Of a stretch of DNA of 41,523 nt, positions 24,553 to 35,617 are shown piece by piece. Location: the NCBI GenBank assembly GCA_013115125.1, contig JABANN010000298.1:1-41523 (forward strand), given 5' to 3'. A program made the translations under genes and the position numbers. The notes below the pieces were generated by a model. That model did no database searches. It worked only from the letters and a program-made list of their open reading frames with translations, and was not told the origin of the DNA. The first letter of the stretch is position 1. Every line of letters begins with the position of its first letter. This stretch comes from Perkinsus olseni. Its lineage: Eukaryota.

Positions 24553-25293
24553 CTAAAGGAGGTATCCATCTGTAGACATGTCCTCTGGCGATGCATAGGA
24601 CCTGAAAGATACCGCGACTGTCGTGAGGATCCTGGACTATGACCAACCCTACCTGCTACGGTGTCGATGCTGAGGGACCTCTAGGCTAGCTGTGGTCATC
24701 CAAGTAACGATCTTATCGAGCATGCAACGAGAAGGGTTGGCCCACAGGCTGCTACACCCTCCCGCTAGGGCGTAGAGGCTGCGACCATCGAAATATTTAA
24801 TATCGCTTCGCAGTTCCACATCCATCAATTCACCATCGAATCTTGCTGGGAAGTCGGGGAAACGGAACTGAACCTGCAGGAACACTACTAGTTTACGAAG
24901 GGATGGGGACGGCGGCAACTACCTGCTCATCAAAGTAAACCTTTTTGGTCAACTCCAGTGCGGAGAAGAGGGTCTCTGTAGAGTCGGCTGCCGCTGCCTT
25001 CTTGTCGGAGGCTCCACCAGGGGCTTCGGACTTGGCCTTGTTGAGCTCTGCATTGTACATGGCAGCGATGAGGCGGGAGTCGAGTAGCGATTCATCTTCA
25101 CAGGCTCCGTCGCCGCTATCGATAAAATCATGACACACCGGCACCGAGGAGGGGGGAGGAGGCTCGATAATATCCTGAATACGAAGCAACTGGCGATCAC
25201 CGTTGAACCACCGAGCGACTGTACCTCCACGTGAGCCCGTGCGTTGCCGAATTCGGCAGGGTTAGTTGCAGCCCGAGAGGCTATGGGTAACAT
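24553..25293 (-). CDS. Small multi-exon hypothetical protein
   Basis: ATG 25293 lies downstream of a poly-T tract. Exons MLPIASRAATNPAEFGNARAH, LLRIQDIIE...VYFDEQ and VQFRFPDFPARFDG... join through GT-AG introns to TAG at 24553-24555. No family recognised. Confidence 0.5.
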
Positions 25294-25459
25294 CAGTGTA
25301 TGGTAGAAAAAAAAAACTATCCCAGTGGAGCGAATATCCCGACGTGGGAGGACGCTAGTGGACGATACGTTCAACGCAGTACTACGCATTCAAAGGGACA
25401 TCAAAAGATGCGGCATGGTCGAGAAGAACTACTCGTGAGAATCATCATCGTGATAGAGG

Positions 25460-26643
25460 TCAAGCCATAGTCTTTCTATGAGCCATTCTAGGGCCAGTCG
25501 GCTCACTCAGGAAGGCAGGAGGGACGATTCCCGGCACGGACGCCCGACCGGATGTGGGCCTCGTGATGACACTATCCAGGAATAGCCCCACTTCATGATC
25601 CCGCTCGTCCTCCTCATCCGATAGCACCGATGGTCTCGATGATCCCCGGAAAGACTCTCGCCTCAAATTGTCCAAGAAAGCGTCGAGTTTCTCGCTGTCG
25701 GCCCCCACCGGTCTGATGGCCGGCACTTCCTCGTCTGTAGGCACACCAATTTCGGCCCTGATGTGTGTCGGGCTTGGTATGGCAGAGGGCTTCGGATCGA
25801 CCGTAAGGTGATGATCCTCCGTACTCAAGCTGGTTGAGGAGTGGTCAGAACCGGGAGGCTGGTGGCGAGTGCCCCCAAGAGCATAGCCTAATAGACTGGA
25901 GAACTCTGGGTATCTCCTAGTGGCCCCGGACGGCGAAGTCGACGACTCCGGATCTCCAAAGCAGGAGGCGTGTTGGACGCTTGGACGACTCTCGTGCACT
26001 GTCGGAGGTGAAGTTTCGAAATCGATATTTCCACCGACGGCATCCTCGAACTGTTCGTAGTGGTTCTTCAAGGACGTCCCGAAGCCTTTGGCGGGGGCCA
26101 AACAGGTCAGTAAAGCGGACCTGAGAGCCAGCAACAACTACGGTCGTGGCCCAGCGAGAACTGATGATGGAGAGAAGTCTGCGCCGGGACAATCCGGTTG
26201 TCCTTGCGCTCGCCCTTAAGGTTGCCGCAATCTCACCCCAATGTCTCAGTGTCTGCTTTTTGTCTAAAGTTGTCCGCAAGCACAGATAAGACATCCTGCA
26301 TCAACCATGCCAGCTGCTCGGCGACTGAGGAGCAGCCCGACTGAGCCAGAGAGGCCACTGGCCACTTCGAGCGTACTCTGTTTCATCTCATCAAGTTCGA
26401 TGCTCAGCCGCTCGTTCGCGAATCGAGTAGTCTCCACCTCTGCAAGGCCGGCATTTCTCTCGGCGGCCTGAGGTGAGCGAGAATGTGAATGGGAAGAAGG
26501 GTAGGCAAACTCACCCTTGTGAGGTCATCAATCTTCCGCCGAGCCTCCACCAACTCTCGGGCGTTGGCGATACAGCCATGACAGGTGTTGTTGACGGGAA
26601 GGTCGGAAGATACGGAATGAGAATGCCGCCGGAGCTCACTCAT
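25460..26643 (-). CDS. Hypothetical protein (N-terminal coiled coil, Ser/Pro-rich disordered C-terminus)
   Basis: First exon MSELRRHS...CHGCIANARELVEARRKIDDLTR ends at a GTGAG donor. The long last exon is 25460-26137. Confidence 0.55.
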
Positions 26644-26778
26644 TGATACTAGAGGAGCAGCCAGCTGGAGGGCGATGGCGGACAGCAGCAGGAGTACCCT
26701 GACTAACCTACGTCACCCACGCCACTCGGAACGAGACTGCCCAACAGAAACCTAAGACTCCCTTCAGGAAAAAAGGAA

Positions 26779-29311
26779 TTATGGAAGCAGAGTAAGCCCT
26801 GCTCCGGTGCGGCCCCTGAGCATGCGCGGCAGCACAAAACGCTGCCACAGAAGGAGAAGAGCTAGACTCGCTGATATCCCTCCGGCCGACAGCCACACGA
26901 GGTACTGAGAACGAAGCAGTTACGAGGCAGTAGCATCGAAAGAGGGACCTTGAAATCAGCAGGGCGACTGAGAAGCATCCCAAAGAGCCCCATGAGCATC
27001 TCCAACAGCTGGCAAGTTGCTACCTGCGTAGCCGTGATCTCCGACTGAAAAATGATGACAAGAGAATTTGTAAAGCGAGACGGAGAATGCAGGGGAGTCC
27101 CTCGGCGAGCAACACCGCCGATGAGCAGCCGCCACGCGAGCACTGCCGGCTTCTAGTTCTGAATCAGGCCTTCCACCTACCCTCTCATTCTGTGGTACGA
27201 ACCGCTGTATGATGGCGACATTGAAGAGGTCAACTTGCCAAAGGAAGAGTCTTGATATCACGATCATCGTTAGCATGAAGACTGTCTCGATCCTGCCAGC
27301 CAACGCATGATGCTCCCAAAAGCTCATGTCCCTACCTACGGAGTATGGAAGGCGAACTCCACAGCGATCAGAGTGACGCAGCCCCAGAAGGCCCACAACG
27401 CTAGGCTGCCAGCGCGGACCTATAGCGTCGAATGGCCGAGCACGCGATATTTTCCTCCACTCACATTGTCGTCGTTACAGGTTTCAACGACCGTAGGCCA
27501 CACGGCGGTAGCCAGTATTCCGGTGACGCTACCGGCAGCCCGGGCGATACCCAGCGCCAACGCCGACATGTTCTCCTCGGCCAGGAATGCCGTTGCTGGG
27601 AGAGGTGAAGGTCGAAAACGGTGAGAAGAAGGGGAGGAGCATACTGAGTGGATGATGGTCCGATAGAACCGTGAAGTGCAGGAAACAGAAGCTGAGCGAG
27701 GCCAGGAACACTGGGTCACGGGAGTACCTAATGGTACCAAACCTCCAGCTGTTGAGTAAGGTTCGAAAGGGCGATCCCGGCAGAGAGCCTACATCTTCCA
27801 ACTCCGCCACAGTACAGCCAGTAAATTATTCCTGGCGGGCGTATCGTCCAGTGTTGGCACAGGCTTGACTCTAAGTCCAGGGTATGTATCATAAACCCCT
27901 CGCCACAGGGCGTAAACCGGCCATGCAGTGAGGATACTCCATCCACCCACCGCTAGGAGTCCTCGTACTACGGTACTACGGCCTCCAGTCTGAGACCAAC
28001 AGCTCGTTCGACAGACCAATCGACGGAGCGAGTATCACCAGTAACAGGCCGATGACTAAGGGACTGGTCATCTTGGCTGTGAGATCAACTCTCCGCATGA
28101 TACTGTTCAAATGGGTCTGCAGCTCTACAGGATTGATGGTAGGGTCCGATGCACTGACAGCATACTGATGTCGCGAGCTCATGGTACAGTCCGATAACCA
28201 TCACAGCCCATCCTCGACCCTTGTACGAGGCGGAGCACAGACGGCTAAGCCGCACAGAGTACACCGTTTCGACCGACGGGAATCGCGAAATTTGCGTCCG
28301 TTGAGGTCCTCCGAGCCGCCGCATGCGACCGAGAACTTGGTCGCACCGGTTCTCCACGATACAGATTCGACTAGCTGTGGTTAATAACCATCGGCTATTC
28401 CAATTTCGCACAAATAGTTAGCGCGGCGTCAGGCCTCCAGTCCGAACTGTCGAGCCTCGTGAATTGTCTCTCCGCTATCCAGTAGAACCAGGACTCTAGC
28501 ACGCTGGGATGCTCCCTGCCCCGACCCGTTCAGCCCCTCAGACCGTTACTACCACATGTCTTCCACTATAATCATCACCCAATTCTTCTCAACGTTGATC
28601 GTTGCCACTGAGGATATCACATCTCCCGTCACTCCCACTATCAGGAATATCCCCTAAAAGGAGCACCCATCGTCAGAATGAGCCTTTGGAAGGCGCACCC
28701 ACAAACAAAAGGACAGACCCGAAGGTCCAAGGGTGCCGACTTCGGGAGTCAGTCAGCACGTCCAATGCATACAACAGCAACATCGAGATGGCTATACCGC
28801 CATTCTGGACAAAGGAGCCGATCTTAGCCACTCGGAGCCGATCGGTGCCTGCCAACGTCACGACCACTGCTGATGCTGATCATATCTCCATCCACATTCG
28901 AGACAATTCGACCTCCTTGCCGATGGTACTAGCCGTTCCCAATCCAATGCTAAGCCGCCGTATGATATTCTGTATCATAGTCCCAAGACACAAACTCAAC
29001 GTTCTGTGCCCGCCAGCCTGGCGGCGCCAGGTGCCTCGTTCGGAACTCAGAAGTATCCCCTGGGTATCGTACTGTCCACAAGTCTCCCCAAAAGCGGCAA
29101 TAGCACTGCTTTAGACAACCCTGTGAAGAAGACGAATATTGCTGTAGGCAACAACGTGAAGGGGAATATATCCACCAACATCAGAGGTACCGCGAACTGA
29201 GAGAGACAGCACCGTCGAAATCGATCATCTCCCCGCCAACATTACTTGCCATATCCGATCCCCGAAGGTGGACAGGGCGTGGGAGACATAGAGCCGCAAG
29301 AAGGGTGACAT
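26779..29311 (-). CDS. SLC40A1: Ferroportin (SLC40/IREG) iron exporter, MFS
   Basis: Spliced product: LYVSHALSTFGDRIWQFAVPLML (FPN TM1 motif), LLGRLVD...RLRVAKIGSFVQN, INVEKNW, LNSIMRRVDLTAKMTSPL, FLHFTVLSD, VISRLFLWQVDL...IQRFVPQNER, and a final TM YLVWLSAGGISASLALLLLW. TAA at 26779-26781. Confidence 0.9.
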
Positions 29312-29865
29312 GTGAAGACAACTACAGCTAGCGCGGTTCCAAGACCATCGCCTCCTGCCGACGGGCCCCGCGGTGAACGTCGCAACAACGTAGTTCGATG
29401 AGACAGAAAATAGGACAGTTGATAAACTTGGATATTATCGAAACGACTGAGAAGTTGCTACATCCTAACGCTCTCACTTACACTTAAATGGAGAGCAAGC
29501 AGCAGAATTACGATCGCTGACAACTGCCGAGCATTGACAAGTTGCCTTTCCTATGCCCAGTGTTGATCGAGGGAGCTACCGAAGTGAAATGAGAGGCCCT
29601 GCAAATGAAGAGTTATAGCCGCACAGGTTACCATGCTGACGGAGCTCACTCGCCCCGGTAGCAGCATGTATCAGGAAAGACTTGTTGACAGTACTATAAG
29701 TTCAGCGATTCGAGTACTACGATATCGCTCCGGGCCGGACGCCACAGCGATAGATATAGATTAATTCTCTTGGCGACAGCTGCGACTTCAACCTTGTAGC
29801 TTCGCAGGCTGACGATCGCCAAGAGAGCGGCAAAATGGACGACGGTCCGTTGACGAAGAGTATCT

Positions 29866-31931
29866 TTACCCCGCTGGCAGTAGTAAGCATACGTAGAGCA
29901 GTAAAAGCCGTATTGATGAGGACAAAAGCCGACAGTAGTTCGAGTACAACGGGACCGTCAAGCAGGGGGGTAAGAGAGCACTACCTAGAGCGTCTACTAC
30001 AAAACTACGCTGAGACAGGCGAATGAGAATCGAGCAGCGGATGAATACTATTCTACTAGGAGACAACAAGTCAATTGGCGGGAATGGCAAAATGGCGTCC
30101 AACAGCCTCGTTAAAGTCGCCAGCACGCGCAGCCGGAGGGCTCATGCCTCCGCGTCCGACCACGAATGCTAGGCCACATTTATCATCTGAGCACAACAAA
30201 ACTCGAATAGTTAGCGGAGCGATGCGACGTAGAGTACCTACCCAGCAAATCGACAGCAACGCGGCTAAGCTGAGGGACCTTATCGGCGAGGTTCCTGTAC
30301 TGTACAAATGTTAAGAAGTCCCGACTTAGACACAGGGTTGATAGGTCGTTAGCGCTGTGCTCATCGTCAGGCTCAGTAGCCAGATAGTGAACTATCTGTG
30401 GTATAAGCCGACAGCACGATGGTTCCTGCAAGCAGAGTCATGGGCCATGACAATCGGCAATTGCAACTGTACCTTATTGTACCGCATGTAGCGTCCCAAA
30501 AGGGCCTGCACTTCCCGCACGACGGTAAATTCCCTAGGCTCGCTCGAGTCGGCAGACGCGGAGGATATCGCTGCCTTTATGAGCGGACCCAGAGAGAATA
30601 TCGCCTCGACGGCATTAGGCTGCTCAATAACCCATGCATCAGCAGCGGCGTCTGCGGACTCGACCAGAGCTGCCAGCAGCTCCCCTTGCGAAGCGTCATG
30701 CGATCCAATGACAAATCGAGGCTTGGCTGTACCAAGATTGAACATCTGAGGACAACTGTGAGCGCAGAGCGCACAGCAAAGGATACTAACAGCCTACCAC
30801 AGAGGCACTCGCCAGTCCACTGGGCTTTAGAGTGGTCATGGCCAAGTCGGAGAGCGAGACGAAACCGTCCTCATCAATGGGTATGTACTGGCCGGGTCGA
30901 AGATACTACCAGGGATGATATGGCTTCCCTCGGCGCAGGGTAAGGTGACTACTACCAGACACAGAGAGGGAGGCCTATCGGATGCCTGTTTTATCTTGCC
31001 GACTAGCGCCAATAATACATGCTCGTAGAGCCGGGATGACACCGCGAGTATCTGCCCAACCTACAGTATCATAACACACTTCCACTGTTGCGCCCTAGTA
31101 CCAGTATATCAGACTTCTTTGCAACAGTAGTTAGGTCAGTTATCGAGCAGGCCTCTGGAGGAAGCTGCGCCACTTTCAAGTGCTCATCATCAGCACTATT
31201 GTCGCCAAAGGAGCCAATCGATGAGGGGGAGGACAGGAAGGGAGGCGAGCAAATCCTAGACAACATGATGACCGGGTTAGTGGACCTACTAGCACCTACA
31301 AGACCGAGTCGTCGAACATGCTGCTGGCCTTGCAGCCAAGGCAAACGGTCTGCAGTAGGGAGTCGAAGGCCACGACATCATCACAAATAATGCCAACCTG
31401 GGAACCAAAAATCCTAGCAAGTCCACGAGTCGCACGAGGTTGGCTACCTTGGCAGATATGAGCGGCACTCGAGCTCTGAGTGAGTCGCTACTGCTCCAAG
31501 ACATGACTTCATCAGGGCTGAGTGGTAAGCCTTATGTCGAGAGCCCGTCGAAGGTCCTCACCTCCTCCCTAGTCTACTTGCAGTACTGCAGCTGCCGTAG
31601 TGCCTTCTTGTCGATACAGACGGTTCACTGAGAGAGCCACCATAAGACACCGACGAGAAGGACGTTGCTCATTACCCTAAACCAAGCCGGCTGGCCGTAC
31701 TGTTGCTCCGTACTCTGGTCCTGTCGACTGTATAGGAGCTGCACTGTGGTATGCCGCTGATACCTTCGCGGCCATCACCTGTGGTACGACCTGTGAGATG
31801 CCGGTCTAGTAGGAGCTGGTAGTACTTAGCATCGATCTTGTCTCCTGAACTTCATTTTTTATCACTAAACCAGCTCGAGTTAGCAGCTCCTTGACACAGG
31901 AAAAACAACTCGCCTGATGGTATTCGGTCAT
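29866..31931 (-). CDS. Multi-exon helical hypothetical protein
   Basis: ATG at 31931 (MTEYHQASCFSCVKELL) and a series of Leu-rich minus-strand exons (31289-31504, 31069-31344, 30392-30745, 30071-30431). Further small exons may extend the 3' end to ~29330. No family recognised. Confidence 0.5.
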
Positions 31932-32229
31932 TTAAATAAAACTGTCCCGTGGTGACACCTAGGGATTGGCAGCTCCCTTCTCTTCCTCAATTACCGGCTA
32001 AAGACGAACTACGCTACCAGCCGCAGATGAACCCGCATTAAATCGATACCGGGGCTCAGAATAGATCCCGGGGTCTCTCTAATATGTAAAAATCGATTCT
32101 AGAGCACATCCCGAGATCCAAGATCGAACAACCCTGACGACTCAACTCAAGTATCATGAATGTTGCGATTAGCGCGCGCCCTGAAATTAATGGCTTGAAC
32201 GCATCTCCGAAGGAAGTTTCGTCCTGTGA
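31932..32229. promoter_or_regulatory. Short divergent intergenic region
   Basis: ~300 nt, relatively AT-rich, between head-to-head genes (31931 minus; 32230 plus). Confidence 0.3.
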
Positions 32230-33455
32230 ATGTCGATATCTCCTTTACCGAGCACCAGCAGCAGCGTCGTCGCCGCCCTAGCGCCAGTCGTCTGCAGCGG
32301 CGCATCTTCTCGGCCTGCCTTCACCTTGTGTTCCAAGGCCATCAAAGGACAGACATACGAAGGGTGGCTCTGTGCGGAGAAGTTGGACGGTGTCAGGGCG
32401 ATGTGGGGGCGTGGAAGATTCCAAAGCCGTTACGGCCTAGCGTACGGTTACTCAGCCTGCTGTTTCTCAGTGGGAGTCTGTTATCAGGTTCCGGCCACCA
32501 CCATGGTTCAGCGCTGCACTGGAACGACATCTCGGCCCGAATATTTTTCTAGATGGCGAGCTGTGGATGGGCAGACAAACGTTCTCTGAAGCCGCTGGTA
32601 TTCTCAGACGACAGAGATGCCAGCAAGGCTGGGCTAAAGTGAGTCTTGTTGGAGCTGGCAATTGTCGCTAGGGAGCCTTTCGAACAGGTCCAATACCACA
32701 TCTACGACTTAGCGTCTGAGGAGACGGCCCATCTACCTTACACGGAGCGATTCGAAATCTTAGAGCATCTTTTACGGCCGATAAGTGTTCAAGAAGGGAG
32801 CGACTCGACGAATCTTGCAAGTGCGATGGCTGGTGGCCTTGACGAGCCCTGGATGGACCCCCTGCATCGAGAAGATGGGCATATAGTCTTACACAAGCCG
32901 TTCTGTACATTAGACGCTGATAGCGACATCACCAGCATCTGCGAAGAGATGGTCAAGGCTGGCGGAGAGGGCCTTATCCTAAGGGATCCACAGGGAAAGT
33001 ATCATCCAGGGAAACGAAATCCAGGGATAGTCAAAGTGAAGCTACACGATGATTCTGAGGCCCTAGTGATCGGCCATATAACGTACCAGGGTCGAGGTAG
33101 TGGCAGAGGCGTATCTTCCCTGGTCGTGGTCGATCGGGATAGGACCATCTTTAAGCTTGGATCCGGTCTGACTGACGAGGTCCGTAGGGACCCTCCACCG
33201 GTAGCATGGGGACTTTAGCCGATTCCCGCTTCTGTACCTCATGTTTTTCAGGTGGGGACGGTTATACAGTATAAGTACTCCGAGATCTCAGGCTTGACAG
33301 GGCGGCCTCGATTTCCAGTCTATCTTCGCGAGAGGGCCGACATGTCGAAGAGGCGTTTTCTGGAGGAGATGCGGCCTTCAGCTGGCGGCCTTGAAGAACT
33401 TAATTGTGTCGAGGACGAGCAACCCAGCCGGAATTTAGACGTCAAATTGACTTGA
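32230..33455 (+). CDS. Minimal ATP-dependent DNA ligase (adenylation + OB domains only; LigE/kDNA-ligase-like)
   Basis: Introns 32442-32487, 32639-32687 and 33201-33251 restore all nucleotidyltransferase motifs: I EKLDGVRA, Ia QSRYG, III LDGELW, IIIa YHIYDL, IV EGLILR, V VKVK. The OB fold reads FKLGSGLTDEVRRDPPPVGTVIQYKY and motif VI reads PRFPVYLRER. Confidence 0.92.
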
Positions 33456-33641
33456 AGGCTCACAGATGAGCCAGTATCATAATCATTCCGTTTTGAAACA
33501 TTATCATTTTATGAGAGCAGTTTCTGTTGCCGTACTGAATGTCGTAGGGTTGGTTGTATCGTTTCGTTTTACGATTTTTCTATCAGTTTGTGTAGTACTA
33601 ACCCCTTGCCAACGTTTGCCCTTCAATCCTCATCAGCATCA

Positions 33642-35515
33642 ATGTGGGGCCGGCGGTCGTTTAGTGCCTTGCCTCGGCTATTCAACACTCCGTTGGCGGC
33701 GGTCATGTCTACTGGGGCAGCGGCTGCGTGTATATGCTCGGACTACGGTCCATCGGGGTACATAGGTAGTAATGGGAAGAAGACACTTGCTGAGGAGTGG
33801 GAAGAGATCAAAGCTCGGAAGAGCTTGAGGGCCCTTCGGCGGTCCTACACGGAGCGCATACGGGTAGTATACCCGACGGAGGTGTCGGCTAGGCAGCGGC
33901 CACAGGTAGAACTGGAGCCTCAAGTGCCACGTCACTTTGATAACCCTACCTTGCTGGCCTCGAGAGTGGGAGCATGCTCAGTAGCGAGCAATAACCCCAA
34001 CGAGGATCGGTTTGTCCGGGCAACGGTAGGGGGCCTCTCGATACATCGGAAGAGTCAGGGTTGATCGTCCAGATTCCCAATGGCAGTGGTGTTATACTGG
34101 CTGGTGTTTTCGATGGTCATGGTGGTTATCATGTTGCTGATTTCGCCGCTACGTATATGCCAGCCTTCATCCGGTCTATCGTCGGGGAGCAGACGAGCTT
34201 CAACCTAGGTGCGGCACTGCTAGAGGCACATAAGGGCCTGGAGGGGGACCTGCTCGAGTGGACCAAACGAGAGGTACTCGACAGGCGGTAGTCTAACGCA
34301 GAGGCCGCCCGAGTAGATTGACGGCCTACTGACGCACAGTAAGGCGATTGATGAGGGACAGCTGGAATATGACTCACCGAAGATGACCGTTGCGACTCTC
34401 ACAAAGATGCAGGTGGTTGTTGTCAATAGCGGCAGCTGCTCGGTTGAGCATTCTTCTTCAGGCGGGAGCCTGCGCGGTTTCTGTCCTGCTGGCAGAGGAT
34501 AGCTACTGCGTGGCCAACTTGGGCGACTGCAGGGCTATGCTCGTGAGACGGCTTAGTGATGATCAAAAGAGGAGTCCGAGCAGTCTTCGATTGCGAGGTA
34601 GACTCAGAGGAACGCCAACTGGGTGTGACATTTCGGTATTCAGGAATCCCTGCTAACATAGAAGCAGAGTGGCTGACGGCTGCTCACAACGCTGACTCGC
34701 CGATTGAACAGGAGAGGCTAAAGGCTGAGCATCCGGGAGAGGAAGACTTGGTCCACTGTAAGCAGAAAATCATCGAGTTAGGTAATGTGGTTTCTAGGTA
34801 GTAGTGGTACTAGCGTACCCCTGTGGACTCCGTGATCGACTGTCTCAGGTAGTGATGGGAAAACTGTGGGCACTCGATGGGGAGCCTGTTATGTGAAGGG
34901 AAGGCTCCAGCCAACACGAGCCTTTGGCGACTTCTATTTTAAAGTCGGTGCTTCCTCCTTGTTCTCAGTGCCCTTAGTTTCTGTCAGGATATGGACATTG
35001 CCAAGGCAGCAAGGGTAGCCCCGTACTCTCATGAACGTAATGCTGACGACGGTGAGGTTCAACCTAAGATTCATCGCCCTCAATGGTCGTATCAGAGCAT
35101 CCATTGCCGAGTTTCACTCCGCCGTATTTATCAGCAGTGCCGGATGTCCGCACGGAGCGCAGAGATCCAGATCGGGACATGTAGGGTATCCTGGTAGGTC
35201 TGGTCGCCCATTAGGGTTGTAGCGTAGGTTTTTAATAATGGCGTCCGATGGCCTCTGGGACTACCTGCCTGACCCGGAGATCGTCTCAATAGCGGTTGAG
35301 GTTTTCGAGCGGGAAGGACCGCAGGCCGCGTCAGAGGCCTTAGTGTCGCGAGTAAAGGGGGATAAACGGCTGCTGTGTCGCAGTGGCCTTGATAGGTCAT
35401 CGAGCAGGCGGCTCAGTCAGCCAAATTAACTCCGAATGTTGTTCGCCGTATGCAACCTGGCAGGACCAGGAGGAACATACATGACGACGTCACAGTAGTC
35501 ATTGTGAAGCTATAG
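33642..35515 (+). CDS. PP2C/PPM Ser/Thr phosphatase (PDP-like group), predicted mitochondrial presequence
   Basis: Motifs NPNEDR, GVFDGHGG, VANLGDCRA, HNADSPIEQERL, YVKGRLQPTRAFGD, MASDGLWD and RRNIHDDVTVVIV. The N-terminus MWGRRSFSALPRLF is Arg/Ser-rich and lacks acidic residues. Confidence 0.9.
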
Positions 35516-35617
35516 ACCTCCGGGGCGTCTTTCTCGCCTAGTTTGACATCATCACCACATAACACCATTAGATCACTATTGCATTATCTTTATAAATATT
35601 GCTCGTACTACCGTCAC

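Noticed and set aside
29312-29700. Iron-responsive element upstream of ferroportin
   Set aside because: No CAGTG loop is present on the minus strand in this interval.
32430-32700. Apparent frameshifts in the DNA ligase (pseudogene or programmed frameshifting)
   Set aside because: Canonical 46- and 49-nt GT-AG introns explain them fully and restore motif spacing.
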